A stretch of DNA of 64,000 nt, from assembly GCF_001194135.2 (NCBI RefSeq), contig NC_068995.1:36708466-36772465 (forward strand). Reading direction: 5' to 3'. Positions 12,238 to 36,244 of the stretch are shown here, piece after piece. Both the position numbers and the translations under genes were made by a program. The notes beneath the pieces are model-generated. The model had not been told where the DNA came from. It worked only from the letters and a program-made list of their open reading frames with translations, and searched no databases. The stretch is from Octopus bimaculoides. Taxonomy: Eukaryota. Every line of letters starts with the position of its first letter. Positions within the stretch are counted from its first letter, which is position 1.

Positions 12238-13249
12238 TATAATTCCTGAAGAGAAAATCTTTCAGTTAAAGTCTATGACATGCTGACTCAGTGTGTGACA
12301 TTGTGTTTTATCTGCTCCACAGAGCTGAACAATGAAATTCACATTTTGACAATCACTCACTCTTAACTAACATCATATATTAATACCAAAACATTGCTCC
12401 TGAAGGAGTTATACAGGAGTTTCTGAAATCAGGTGAAAACTGCCTCACTCCACCCAACCTACTCACAACAAAATGGTATGTACATTAACATTTATTTAAA
12501 AAATATTTATAGGCATGGCTGTGCGGTTAAGAAGCTTGCTTTGCAGCCATGTGGTTTGGTGTTGAGCCTCACTGCACGGCAAGTGTCTTCTACTTCAGCC
12601 TCTGCTGATCCTTTGAGTGAATTTGGCAGATGGAAACTGTGCAGGAGCTTGTTATGTGTTGTGTTTGTCCCTCGCCCACCATTTTACAACTGGTGCTGGT
12701 TTGTTTGCGTCCCAATAACATTACCAATTTGGCAAAAGAGATCAACAAAATAAGTACCAGACTTTAAAAAAAATATAAATCCTGGGGTCGATTTGATAAA
12801 AGATTTAATACACATGAGGAGGCACTGAAAAATTCTTGACTATGGATAAAAGAAAATACAGGAAGATTCGTTAATTATGATTTTATCCAATATATTTTCC
12901 CCTCAGATTCACAAACCTGTTGTAGTGGTCTTTCATGATACCCTTACAGCCAGGAACTTTTCAGCACCCCCTCATATTAGCAACAAAGGCAGTATTATTA
13001 CAAAGAGGTAATATTTATGTCCCATCCACGTTTAAGTGGGCAAAAGAAAAAAAAATTAATANNNNNNNNNNNNNNNNNNNNNNNNNNNNNNNNNNNNNNN
13101 NNNNNNNNNNNNNNNNNNNNNNNNNNNNNNNNNNNNNNNNNNNNNNNNNNNNNNNNNNNNNNNNNNNNNNNNNNNNNNNNNNNNNNNNNNNNNNNNTCAC
13201 ACAATTTTCCGTAAAATCAACACTTCTAGAAATAAGAGGGAAAAAAATA

Positions 13250-13466
13250 TATCAAGGGAGGCAACTACGTATTTTTCAAGTATCTGCTGCTGCTGCTGTT
13301 GCTTTTATCACGCACAGATTTCAACCTAACGAACTTATTACACGTGACTGGATCACCCTATTCGTTCACGCTTAATTAACCAATGAGATTGTTGCTAACA
13401 AAAATGAACTTTACCATCCAATGGTATCTGCTTGCGGCTAGGCGGACTCTTAACCATTCAAAAGGT
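13250..13466. promoter_or_regulatory. Second promoter-like island with a + strand splice donor
   Basis: CACGTGAC 13341-48, CCAAT 13380 and 13418, CpG-rich GCTTGCGGCTAGGCGG, AAG|GTAATT donor at 13464/13465. Confidence 0.5.
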
Positions 13467-14904
13467 AATTATTTTTGTTATAAACTCCTACAACCTTATT
13501 GATGGGACAGGAAAAATAGTGAGCTGACAGAATCGTTAGCATGCTGGGCAAAATGCTTAGCGGCATTTCGTCTGTCTTTACGTCCTGAGCTCAGATTCTG
13601 TCGAGGTCGACTTTGCCTTTCATCTTTTCAAGGTCAGTGAAATAAGTACCATTTGAGCATTGGGAGTTGGTATAATCAACTTATACCTTCCCCTCAACTT
13701 ACTGGCCTTGTGCCAAAATTTGAAGCCATTACTGATGAGACAGGAATTATGGGACTTTCAATCGATAAACTGGGATTCTATCAAATTGATTACCATTGAA
13801 GTCCACTCCTTAAATCATTAACATGTCCTAATAAATTAGGAATATCCACCACATGGTCCAGTCCTTGTTTTGGTCTGGTGGCTTGCGTTCCTTAATCGCC
13901 CTGAGAATTATGCTAGTGGAGAACAAGCTTCTGAGAGGACTTTCCATGCTAGACAAGCCAAAGGATAGAGGCCAGACAATGTGGACCGCCTCTTCACAGA
14001 GGTGAAAGGTGGGTTTGCATAGGGTCAACACTCTTAGAACAAGGCAAGGTTACAGAATCACCAATGACAGTTAAAAACCAAGAAGACCTTAGAGAAGGCT
14101 ATGCAGCCCTGAGTGGAGAACAGTGGGAACAAAGGTTTTATGAGAAGAGATAATATAGGAATATAGAACTATTATCGAGGTTAGTTAGTGTGGTACTGGA
14201 CAAGATTTCTTACCATCAGGGATATGCTGTGTGCATCTTTTACCTGTTTCAGTCATTAAACTGTGGCCATGCCAGGGCACCACTTTGAAGGATTTTAGTC
14301 AAATTAATTGACCCCAGTAATTATGTTTTTAAAAAACCTGGTGCTTATTCTATTGGTTTTTTTTGCTGAACTGCTAAGTTATGGAGACATAAATGCAACA
14401 TCAGTTGTTAAGCGATGGCGGGACACACACACACACACACAAAAAAATCAACTACATCTGTCAAAGTCTTTTCATTGCCATTCATGTTCTGATCTCTATT
14501 CTAGGTCTGCTTCAGTGTGTGTATCTGTGTTTATTAACAAAATGACCCTCCCAAGATACAAGATATGTTTCAATGCATGAGTTTACATCAAGAGTCTTGC
14601 AAACCTAATACAAAAAAAAAAAAAAAAAAAATTATATTAAGCATCCCTTACATGCTTGTTTCAGTGAATAAATTAGATTAGAAAACTTATGAATGAATAT
14701 TTCACTTATTTTTTTTCCATCATTGAAAGCAATGCTAGGACTAAAAACAGAAGAAAAAAAAAAAAAATTTGGTTTGGTTAACAAAATTAAATAACAGATT
14801 TTAGTACAAACTAAAAAAAAGAGTTCTTTCAAATACGTAATTATATTTTGAAATTTCAATGAAAGCCCAACAGAATACATGTTTTGAACCATCAGTAAGT
14901 GGTT

Positions 14905-14970
14905 CTTATAATAGATTAATTTATTACTTATAATAGATTAATTTGTAACTTATAATAGATTAATTTGTTC
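14905..14970. repeat. 22-bp tandem repeat x3
   Basis: CTTATAATAGATTAATTT(A/G)T(T/A)(A/C) repeated head-to-tail. Confidence 0.9.
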
Positions 14971-16927
14971 TCTTAATAAAGTACACACATGAAAAAAAAA
15001 CCCGAATGAAGAACAAAAAAAAAAATTGAATAAAACTAAATTTCCTATAAACAGTTTCATATTACTTTGAGTTCTTAATGTTAAGTTTATAAAGTAATGA
15101 ATTTAATATTAAATCGTAGCTTGATGAATTAATAGCTAATAAAACTTTGCAAGATCTATTCCCGAAGACTACAATTGATTGTTAGAAATATGGATTCCAA
15201 ATTTTGGCACAAGGCCAGCAATTTCAGGTGAAGGGTCAAGTTGATTACATTGACCCCAGTGCTCAACTGGTGCTTATTTTATCAACCCCAAAAGGGATGA
15301 CAGGCAAAGTTTGAACTCAGCAGAATTTGATCTCAGAACATGTATGAAATGCTGCTAAGCGTTTTGCTTGGCATGCTAATGATTCTGCCAGTTCACCACC
15401 TGAATTATTAGAAATATTTTAGATATTAAAATGAACAAAAAAAGCATCTAGCCCTAATCTATTTATATTAATCCAATATTTTATGGGGTTTTTAAAAAAA
15501 TTCCCATGTCTCCAGTCTTTTTCACAAGTTAATCAGAAATTAATTTGAAATGTAAGTGAAATAAAAATGAATGTACTATAGATAGTGACATGACAAACAG
15601 AACACATTCCCCTCTCCATACTACTATTCAAAATAAGAATATATTGTACAAGAACTCTTTCAAAGAGATTAGATAAAATAGAATATTTCTTCATTATACA
15701 CTAACAATAAATATGCCCTAAAATGAAGTTATAGTGTAGCAAATCATGTTGCTATAGTAAGAATGGAGAAAGTCATCTGTTCATAGACAGACACTATCTT
15801 GTATGAAGAATTTCATTTCATTTGAAATATTTTCAAGAAAAACTGTAATTTGATCAATTTGGAAGTTAAGAGATGCATAGAATCAATACAAAATAAATCT
15901 GAATAATCAGACGCAATGAATTAACGCAATAATGAAATGATGCTCATGAATAAGACTAATTAGGTACATAGCAGCTCCATTATATAATATTGCCATTCAC
16001 TGATACTCATGTGACATAACTCACATCATTGATGTCTTTGTTTAGTTTACTGAGAGAACAAACTAACTTGATTGTTTATAATTTTTCCATTTATTTCTCA
16101 TTTACATGTTTCAGTCATTCGACTGTGGCCATGCTGGGGTACCACCTTGAAGAATTTTTAGTCAAATGAATCGATCCCAGTACTTATTTTTCAAAGCCTG
16201 GTACTTTAGTCTACTAGGCTCTTTTGCCGAACTGCTAAGTTACGGAGACATAAACACACCAGCACTACTTGTCAAGCAGTGGTGGGAACAAACACGCACG
16301 CATATGCACACACACACATATATGATGGGCTTCCTTTAGTTTCCATCTACCAAATCCACTCACAAAGCTTTAAACAGCCCAAGGCTATAGTAGTACCACA
16401 CAGTGGGACTGAACCCAAAACCATGTGGTTGGAAAGCAAACTCCCTACCTTACAACCACACCAACAATTTTAACTCTATGACATGTATCGCTTGTATGTG
16501 TGTGTGCATAACTTCTTGGATGCAGATAGCGGACATATCCACCCAAACTTTTATTATCATCAACTGCTTAAAGCAGTTTTACCCTACACAGCCACTCCTG
16601 CGCCTATATATATATATATATACATAAGAAATAATTAAAGAGAAATCTCATAAAGGTACTTAAAGATAACTTTGAATATCAAAGAAATGTGTAAAATTAA
16701 TGAGACTAGAAGTGTTTGGGTTTTGTTATTCTGACAATAAAATACATTCAATAGGTTTGAGACATCTATTTTTTTCTTCTTGATATATACAATATTACAT
16801 TTTCTACAACCTGGTTATATCATTTCTTTTTTTTTTTTTTCATTTTCCTTGTGCTTGTCAAACAATCAACATATGACATTGAATTTAAAACTACTTCTGC
16901 AATCTAGTCTTTTTCTGTTTTTTCCAG

Positions 16928-16985
16928 CTCATGTTGCTAAATTTTATAAGAGAATTTGATATGATAAAATTTTAGCAAATATGAG
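16928..16985. ncRNA. 58-nt AU-rich hairpin (pre-miRNA-sized)
   Basis: CTCATG-TTGCTAAA-TTTTAT / ATAAAATTTTAGCAAATATGAG arms, 16-nt loop. Confidence 0.3.
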
Positions 16986-17445
16986 AAAAAAAACAAACCT
17001 AGTCAATGTGGTAAGCTTGAAAATAGGAACAGAGAGAGAGAGAAAAAACAAACGGAAGAAATATTAAATACTGCTTTGGAAAATAAAAACAACAGTAATT
17101 TATTGCTCTGTTTTGTTTTCTATTGAATGATTGCTTTCATGGAACCTTGTCATAGACAACTGTAATTTCAAGAGAACCTTAACCAAATTATTAATGTCAT
17201 ATGCAAAATGAAAACAATATATTTATTACTGTGACATTATTTGTGTGTGCATGCATACATAGGTGTATATGTGTGTGTATGTACATATATATATATATAT
17301 ATATACCATCATCATCCAGTGTTTTAAATCTGGGTTTTGTTCCGGTTAATAGGGGTGGCCAGATCTACCTCAATGCCATACCAACCGCCTTCACCATCTC
17401 ACCCGGTTTTGGGCTTCCTCAAATATATATATATATATATATGTG

Positions 17446-17481
<36 letters not shown>

Positions 17482-17863
17482 TATATAATATATTAGTGAG
17501 GGATTATCTATTCAGGCAAAATAATTCATAAACTTTGTTATTACACCAAGCTAACAATATTGCTTAGATTAGTAAAGAACTCCACATATTCTTGTGACAG
17601 GGTCTGAGTATATTCATTTTAAACACCTAGAGGTTGCACAGAAGAAAAAAAAACATGAATGGAAAGGAAATTCCAAATGGTTTTAGTTCTGGAGAAGGAA
17701 TGTTTGGGTAAAATGTTTATTGTGGTGGGGATGAGATAGTAGAGATGATGATGATGAGATTCGTAAAATCAGTTGTATACTCAATATTAAAGTATACCAA
17801 TGTACATGGTTGTGTTCCAATATTCCAGTTTTATTGATTTTTACATAGAGTGGTATACAAGAC

Positions 17864-17948
17864 AAGGCATAAATAATGGTCATTGCAAATTTCTTTATTG
17901 TAGTTTTACTACAACAGAGAAATTTGTAATGACCATTATTTATGCCTT
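17864..17948. ncRNA. 85-nt near-perfect hairpin
   Basis: 31-bp arms AAGGCATAAATAATGGTCATTGCAAATTTCT / AGAAATTTGTAATGACCATTATTTATGCCTT (one G-U), plus inner TTGTAGT-TTT-ACTACAA stem. Confidence 0.4.
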
Positions 17949-18070
17949 ATTTTATATACATATACATACATACATAATATATATATATATATATATATAT
18001 ATAACTATATGTAACTACACACATGCTGTTGGCAATTTCTTTTCTTAATTTTGGACTTTTCCCTTTCTCC

Positions 18071-18104
18071 TTTCCGATGAGGAGCTATGCTTGAAACTTC
18101 AAAC
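18071..18104 (+). ncRNA. Degenerate hammerhead-like motif (U4>C)
   Basis: TTT-CCGATGA-G-GAGC TAT GCTT-GAAAC-TTC-AAA inside a ~190-bp unique block flanked by (TA)n on both sides. Confidence 0.35.
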
Positions 18105-18375
18105 TCTCTCTTTTCACCAAGCATCAAACTAATACATTCCTTGTGCACGTCCTCTTGTTGTCCGTTAATTTTATCCATTTATTTGAGTTGACTATATATA
18201 TATATGTATATATCTTGAAGCAGGTAATGCTATAAATAAAAGTGTACAAATATTGGGTTAAAAACCCCTTGGATAGGAAAAGTCAAAGGCTACCCATGAG
18301 AAATGAATCCACATCTCTTGTAAACATAGGCAACCTTTAAATATTTCACATTCTTTCAATTCTGACAACAAAATA

Positions 18376-18413
<38 letters not shown>

Positions 18414-20404
18414 AAGACAAGGTATAAATACTGCTCATTACAAAGTTTTCTTTTTCTCTTTTATACCATTATTTATACTTTGCCTTGTATACCACTGTGT
18501 AAAAAAACAGTATACCTGGAGCAAAACCACAGATTTACAATATAGAATGGTAATGAGCTATAGCCTCAGAACCAGCCACAAGAATACGTGGAGTTCTTTA
18601 CTAATCTAAAGAATATTGTTAGTTTGGTGTACTAACAGAGAACTTATAAAATAAATACTTTATAAGCTCTCTGTCCAAACTGATAATCCTTCACTAATAA
18701 CTGTTATATATACACACACACACATGTATGCATGCATATATGTATGGGTAATTTGTATGTTTTAGTTACTACCACCACTAAGAATGAGAGAACTCAATAT
18801 ATTTGTAGAATAAACATTTATTAATGGAATTGGAATGTTCAATACCCTGTGAGTTTGAGCATATGTCTGCAGATATGTATGTGGGTATATATTTGTGTGT
18901 GTGTGCATGTATGTGAAAGATATATTTAGGCCAATGATGGCATCTGGATGCCAGCAAAATACTTTTTGAAGTATCTCACTAGTTTGTTGTTCCACACTAA
19001 TATTCAAACCAGAATATGGTGAACCATCTGGGATGGTGAAACTAAAATAAATATTTGCACTATTGAAGATGGTAAAAATTCACGCACACACATACACACT
19101 AATGCGTGTTCACACACAAATTATTGCATGCCACCAATCAACATGGAACTCTCCGGTTTCTTTTTCAATTTTCTGTTTTCTTTCTGCCTAGAAAGCCTTG
19201 ATTGATGAAAAATATTTAAAATGAAACTATAACTATATTGACAACAAACAACTCCAACCTTCTCATTTAACTAAATCAATGAAATCATCAGAAACAATGC
19301 AAGGGTGACAACAACAACATAAATAATGGTTAATCCTTTAATTTTCAAATTGCCCTAAATTTGTAATCTGGCCACAGTAAAATCTGCTGTTTCTTCAAAC
19401 TGACTGAAGTCAAGCCAACTGATTGACATGAATTTACCTTTCTTACCAAACACCATTCAACTCTTCACCCAGCAAATCACACAAGAAAGTTGTGTTTTTT
19501 TTTTATCAAGTCATAATTTCATAATGTTTATCGGAATCACCATAAATGTATTGAACACTATTTACAAATTGTTGGCATCATAAGGATTTTATAATCTTTC
19601 AAGAAAATGTGAAACAATTCTTTTTTGGAATAGTGGATCTTAACCTTCAATGCATTGTAGGTGCATCATGTCACTGTATGAGTTATCTCCCCTGTAGCTC
19701 CAGGGTAGTGGCAGGGAAAACAGTTCTAGAGAAAATGCAGTGTGCTAATAAAGCTATAAATAATAACATGTAAATCATTTACAGCTTTATATGTGCTTCG
19801 AGATCCACTATTCCAAAACAGAAATTGCTTCACGTTGTTTTGGAAGTTTATAAAATTCCTATGGCATAAACAACATACAGTTCTTGCTGGTAAGAATATA
19901 GTTTCTAAAATGGATAGAGAAATTCAAAAGATTGCTTTGGTACAATGTTAGAACATCCTGTCATATCTGTTGGCAATGCAGGTTCAAATCCAACATGCAG
20001 CCTTTAACTTTTTTTTTTTTTCAAAAAGGTTTTTCAACCTAATATTTACATGCTATATTATTCATAGCTTCATGTGTGCTTTGAGATCCACTTTTCCAAA
20101 ACAGAATTGCTATGACAAATGTTTATAGGATTTCACCATTAAACATATTGAACATTATTATTACAAATGTTAAATCTTCAAAAGTGTTCGGGTGACAGTT
20201 CCTAATTGATAATCATTCACCAAAATTAACTTTTCTGGGAAGGAAGAACTTCACTGAAAAATACATTATTCCAGGCCATTCTTTTGTAAAAAACTAAATA
20301 CATAAAACCAAAAAAGCGAAAAAAAAACCAAAAAAAAAAACCAAGACTTGCATTTTGATAAAAGTTAAATAGATATTTTGTTCTTTTTTACCTTAATACA
20401 TATA

Positions 20405-21254
20405 TTTATTTATAACAAGAACAAAAATAATAGTTTCTAAGTTCATTAAAATGTACATTTTATTATTAAATTGATAAAAAATTAATTTTATAATTTAAAA
20501 AAATATAATGGGGGAAAAGAGAGAAGAGAAGTGTGGGGGGAATAGGAATGAGAGAGAAAGAAAGGAAATATAGGAAGGAAGGGATAGTGAGGAGGAGAGG
20601 AAGAGAGAGGCAGGGATTGAAATTAAAAGAAAAGATAAGATAGAGGAAGAGGATAAGAACAAATGTAACAAAACAGAAATGGTAAGGTAACCAATTCAAA
20701 AGTGAATAATAAATAGTTGTTAAAGAACCATTAATAGTGAATTTTTTACACACCCACACCCACACACAAACGACCTAACTGACAGCAATAAATAATTCAG
20801 CATTTTGAATAAAGAAAAAAACAGAAACCAACCAAACTGTCTGGTCACATACAGTTTCACATCAATGGGAATGTTATGTCTTGGTAAATGTTGCTGATGA
20901 TGACAACAGAAAATATAAATACAAAAAAAAAATCTCGAAAAAAAATCCATCTTTTTTTTTAAAGGAATAATTCATTTAGATTGTTATTTGGTGCTTTAGC
21001 TTTTAATTTTTTTATGCATTGTTTTTAAATACTTGTTTAGTTTATTATTATTATTATTATTTTCCTTTAAATAATGAAGGTTTCATTTTTGCTTGTTCTT
21101 CCAGATAAGTTAGTTTTTAGCGAAAATTACACAGAGTCCCTATCGTTTAGAGGAAAGGGGCTGTCACTGGTAATTTGACTGGTCCCCAGTTGTTAGTGGG
21201 GGAGAATTACTGGTAGGTAAGCTGGTTGTACTGTCTCTTTTTTTGTTTTTGTTT
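20405..21254 (-). other. CCDC28: CCDC28 3' UTR (minimum estimate)
   Basis: Follows the stop at 21255; minus-strand AATAAA at 20459-64 and 20405-10 (distal one at 18817-22); pyrimidine tract about 20510-20680. Confidence 0.5.
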
Positions 21255-32232
<10,978 letters not shown>

Positions 32233-33422
32233 CTTTGGGATCTCCTTGAAAATGAAAAAAAAAAAAAATAATGTTTTATGTAAGTGCAGTGACAATTGTC
32301 ATTTAAGTGTCAATTTCTTAAATTTGTATCAAAAAGGACAAAAAGAAAATGAATAAGTAAACAAGGAAACCAGGCACAGACATGGCTCTGAGGTAAGAAG
32401 TTTGCTTTCCAACCACATAGTTCCGGGTTCAGTCCCACTGCATGGCACTTGGGTAAGTGTCTTCTAGCCTTGAATCAACTAAATAGATAGAAACTGAAAG
32501 AAGCCTGTCATACATGTGTGTGTGTGTGTTTGTTTGGTGTATTTATGTTCCCGTAACTTAGTGGTTCAGCAAAAGTCACCAATAAATAAGTACCAGGCTT
32601 CACATTTTCTTTCTTGGGAGGATGTTGCATGTAGAATAACTAAAACAAATTCATAGCATTTAACACTAATATTTATTGCCAAACAAAATATAGTTGGTGT
32701 TGGCTATTTATAATGAAAAATATTAATAATTGCTGACTGGGAAGAGAGAAAAACTGCACCATATCCATAAAATCTACTTACAATGTTCAGAATCGGCCTG
32801 TCTGTGCTAAAGTCCAAAGCTGTCAGCTCGAGTGCCAGAGGTCATCTGCCTAGCAAGAGGTGAGGCATGTGAATCAGTTGGCCACTCTCAACATTCTGCC
32901 TGGTGAATTAGGCACCAATGGGTTTATATAGGGTGACAAAAAGGTAAATTCTAGAACATCTGAGCAAGCCATATAACACTACAGCTTCATGCTGATGAGT
33001 TGGTCTATAGATCAATCATGTGAAACAGTGGTGGCTCAGTCACGGTGCCAAACCAAATACTTAGTGGTTAGAGTCTGAATTCCTGCTACATATCCCCAAG
33101 GCTTTGTTTGGCATGGAGCTATAGTAGAAGATACTTGCCTATAGTGACATGTATGGGATTGAACCTGGAGAGCAAACTTCATACCACACACATACTCCCC
33201 ACTATATATATATATATATATATATATNNNNNNNNNNNNNNNNNNNNNNNNNNNNNNNNNNNNNNNNNNNNNNNNNNNNNNNNNNNNNNNNNNNNNNNNN
33301 NNNNNNNNNNNNNNNNNNTACTTTTGTAATCAAAGCACACATTAAAATTGAGGATTATGGAATTATTTACAGAATTGTTGAATAAGCAAATCAGGAAAAT
33401 GGAAATTGTTTGACATTATTTA

Positions 33423-33644
33423 TTCTCCATTACACATCTTTCATTGTTTAATAGAAATCACAAAGATTTGCATGTTAGATAGAGATGTAAAGAATTTCAT
33501 GTTAGGGAGAGAAATTTTTTTATATAAATTTAATTAAAAATTTGCTATGTCTGATGATATTTCTAATAGGAAATTCCTTACATGTCTATATAACATGTAA
33601 ATCATTTAATACTTATTAGAAAATGGAACATGTGTAATGGAGAA
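33423..33644. repeat. Fold-back palindrome
   Basis: 15-bp perfect outer arms (33423-37 / 33630-44) and 34-nt inner arms with 30/34 match (33465-98 / 33570-603). Confidence 0.8.
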
Positions 33645-33686
33645 AGAAAATGATACAAAAAAATTTCCTTTTCCTTGTTTTGCTTA

Positions 33687-33717
<31 letters not shown>

Positions 33718-33856
33718 AGTTTATTTCAATATTTCTTGCCAATAGAGAAAGAATTGGTTTCTAACCTTGATTCAAGGTTCCTTCAATAGAATTTCAACAT
33801 CAATAACAGGATATTTTTGTTTGTTTGATTGTGTGTGTGTGTGTGTGTGTGTGTGT

Positions 33857-35330
33857 TTTATGTATGTATTCTCATGCATAGAGTTACATATCTAGACATG
33901 CTCATATATATTTAAATGATAAACTTCTGGAAAGTTTTAAAGATTTTTACAGTTCCAGCGATGGATTGGATCTGTAGCCTTCGAATTAGCTTTCTCCTTT
34001 CTGGTTTTGAGAAGCCTAATTTCTCAAGACTAGTATTTATGCAGTGTGTTACATATCCCAGGGCTCCAATAATTACAGGTATAAACCTGAACTTGTAATC
34101 TAGTTAGAATAACTGTAGATTTCTCAATAATTCAGCATAGGTGTTCTCATTTTCACTGATCTTCAGCTTTATGTTAACATCTGCTGAGCCGCTAATTTCC
34201 ACAACTGTGCATAGTTTCTCTTCTCAATCCCAAATCATTATATCAAGTCTGTTGTGCTTGCATTTTATTGAGGTCTTCACTGATACATTCCACCAGTATT
34301 CCTTTTCATTATGAATGGCTATGGATTTTACCATATTGTGGGTTTTCATTTCTTTGTCCTCAAGATTATCCTTCTGAAAGATTTCATTACAGAGTGTCCT
34401 AGCTACAATGCCATATTTCATCAGTAGGTAATATCGAGATGACATTTTCGGACAACTGCTTATGATGTGGGATATGATGCGATATTCAAAGGCATTTTGG
34501 ATCAATGTTAAGCCTCTACCACCTTGTTTATGTTTTAGGTAGAGGTGGTCTACATCAATGTTTATGTAGAAATTATGTGTGCTTGTTAGTATTTTTTGGG
34601 TTTTCACATCAATGGCTCAGATCTCATCAAGCAGCCTAAATGTTGGTATGAGTACTGTCACTGCAAACACATTGTGGGTCACTGTTTTATTGAATGCAGA
34701 GAGTTCTGAGGTCCAAATTTTCTTTATTCGGCTGTAATATTCTTTAGTGACACGTGTTTTGTTACAGGTACCACTGAAAGATATATTTTCATCTACCCCT
34801 AGATACCTGTAACATACCTTGTCAGATACAGGGTAAATGGTCAAATCATTGACAGAGATGCTTCTAGTCTGGTTTATAGTTCTCCCCCTTTTCACAACCA
34901 TATAACATTTGTCCTGACCAAACTCTAACCCTACATCCTTTGAGAATGTTGTAACTAGGTCAAGGCTCTTTTTTCATCTCATGCATATTCTTTGCATAAA
35001 GTTTTAAGTCATCCACAAAGAAACAGTGTGTAATTTTGGTATTTCTGTTTCCTTGTGAACCAGTGAGATACCCTTCAGACTTCTTTAACATGAATGACAA
35101 GGGGTTTACAGAAAGTATAAACAACATCACAGAGAGGCTGTCTCCTTGGAATATGCCTTTGCGATATTGTATTCTATCAGTGATAATACAGTCACTCTTT
35201 GTATTTAATTTCAAGATGGTGGCCCATGATGAAGTCAGATCAGCTTTGGCTATTTTGACTGGAACTTTAACAAGTTGAGGGCTTCTTGCATCCATGAGTG
35301 GGGAACAGATCCAAAGGCTTTCTTGTAATC
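33857..35330 (-). mobile_element. Dong/R4-clade non-LTR retrotransposon (RT + restriction-like endonuclease), 5'-truncated, internally deleted
   Basis: GIFQGDSLS...FVDDLKLY RT motifs, KQGGRGL, SHIISSCP, and RLE NRLDIMIWD...VEIS..AD.NI..K...Y..L...PVIIGALG; several stops and frameshifts. Confidence 0.85.
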
Positions 35331-35808
35331 TAGCCATATATGTATGCATGCATACATACATACTGCCTACATGCAGGCAGGTACACAAGTATGTATGTAC
35401 GTATATACATACACAATTTGAGAAGGGGAGGTGGCTTTATGCCAATCTGAACTATCTTCTGATGCTTATATAAATTTAGAGAATTTCATGAATTTTTAAA
35501 AGTAATTTTGAGCTTCAATTACTAGCTATAGAGTGGTATAATCTAAATGATAGCTGAAACAAGCAGTGAAATGTCTGCAGTAGGAGTTTAATGTACTAAT
35601 GATTTAGTATTATAACTATTTAGTAGTGGAATCTCTAGATAAACAAAGGGAAAAAAACCCAAAGCAATAATAAAATATTCCAATTAATGATTACATAATC
35701 TATGAATATTATATATATATATGCATATATAGATATACATATGTACATATACATGTATATACATTAAGATATATATATGTACATATAAACATAGTACACA
35801 TACATGTG

Positions 35809-35852
<44 letters not shown>

Positions 35853-36244
35853 ACTTCTGACAGAAAGCTTTTTAAAAGGCGGTGCTCCAGCATGGCCACA
35901 GTCAAAAGACTGAAACAAGTAAAAGAGTATATATCTTCATTCACACACACAAATGCATACACACACACATTTTAAGGTCTACTGAATAAAATCAATATAA
36001 TGTAATATAATAGTCTTCTTCTCATCCTAATGTGGCCGCTCTCACTTCCAGTAACAAATTGATTAATGTTTTGCTGTGTAGAAAGACTTCAAACCATTCA
36101 TATAGACTTCAAAAGTATTTTCCCATTCATCCACAAAGAAAAGATGTTTTCTTTTTCTATTAAAGTGTATGTGTGTGTATGTATGTATGTATGTATGTAT
36201 TTGTACAAACACAAAACACATAGATAGAGTTTAATTAACCCTGC

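Noticed and set aside
32985-33045. CTGATGA plus 7-bp hairpin plus GAAAC as a hammerhead
   Set aside because: Five extra nt before GAAA, G at the cleavage position and no stem I.
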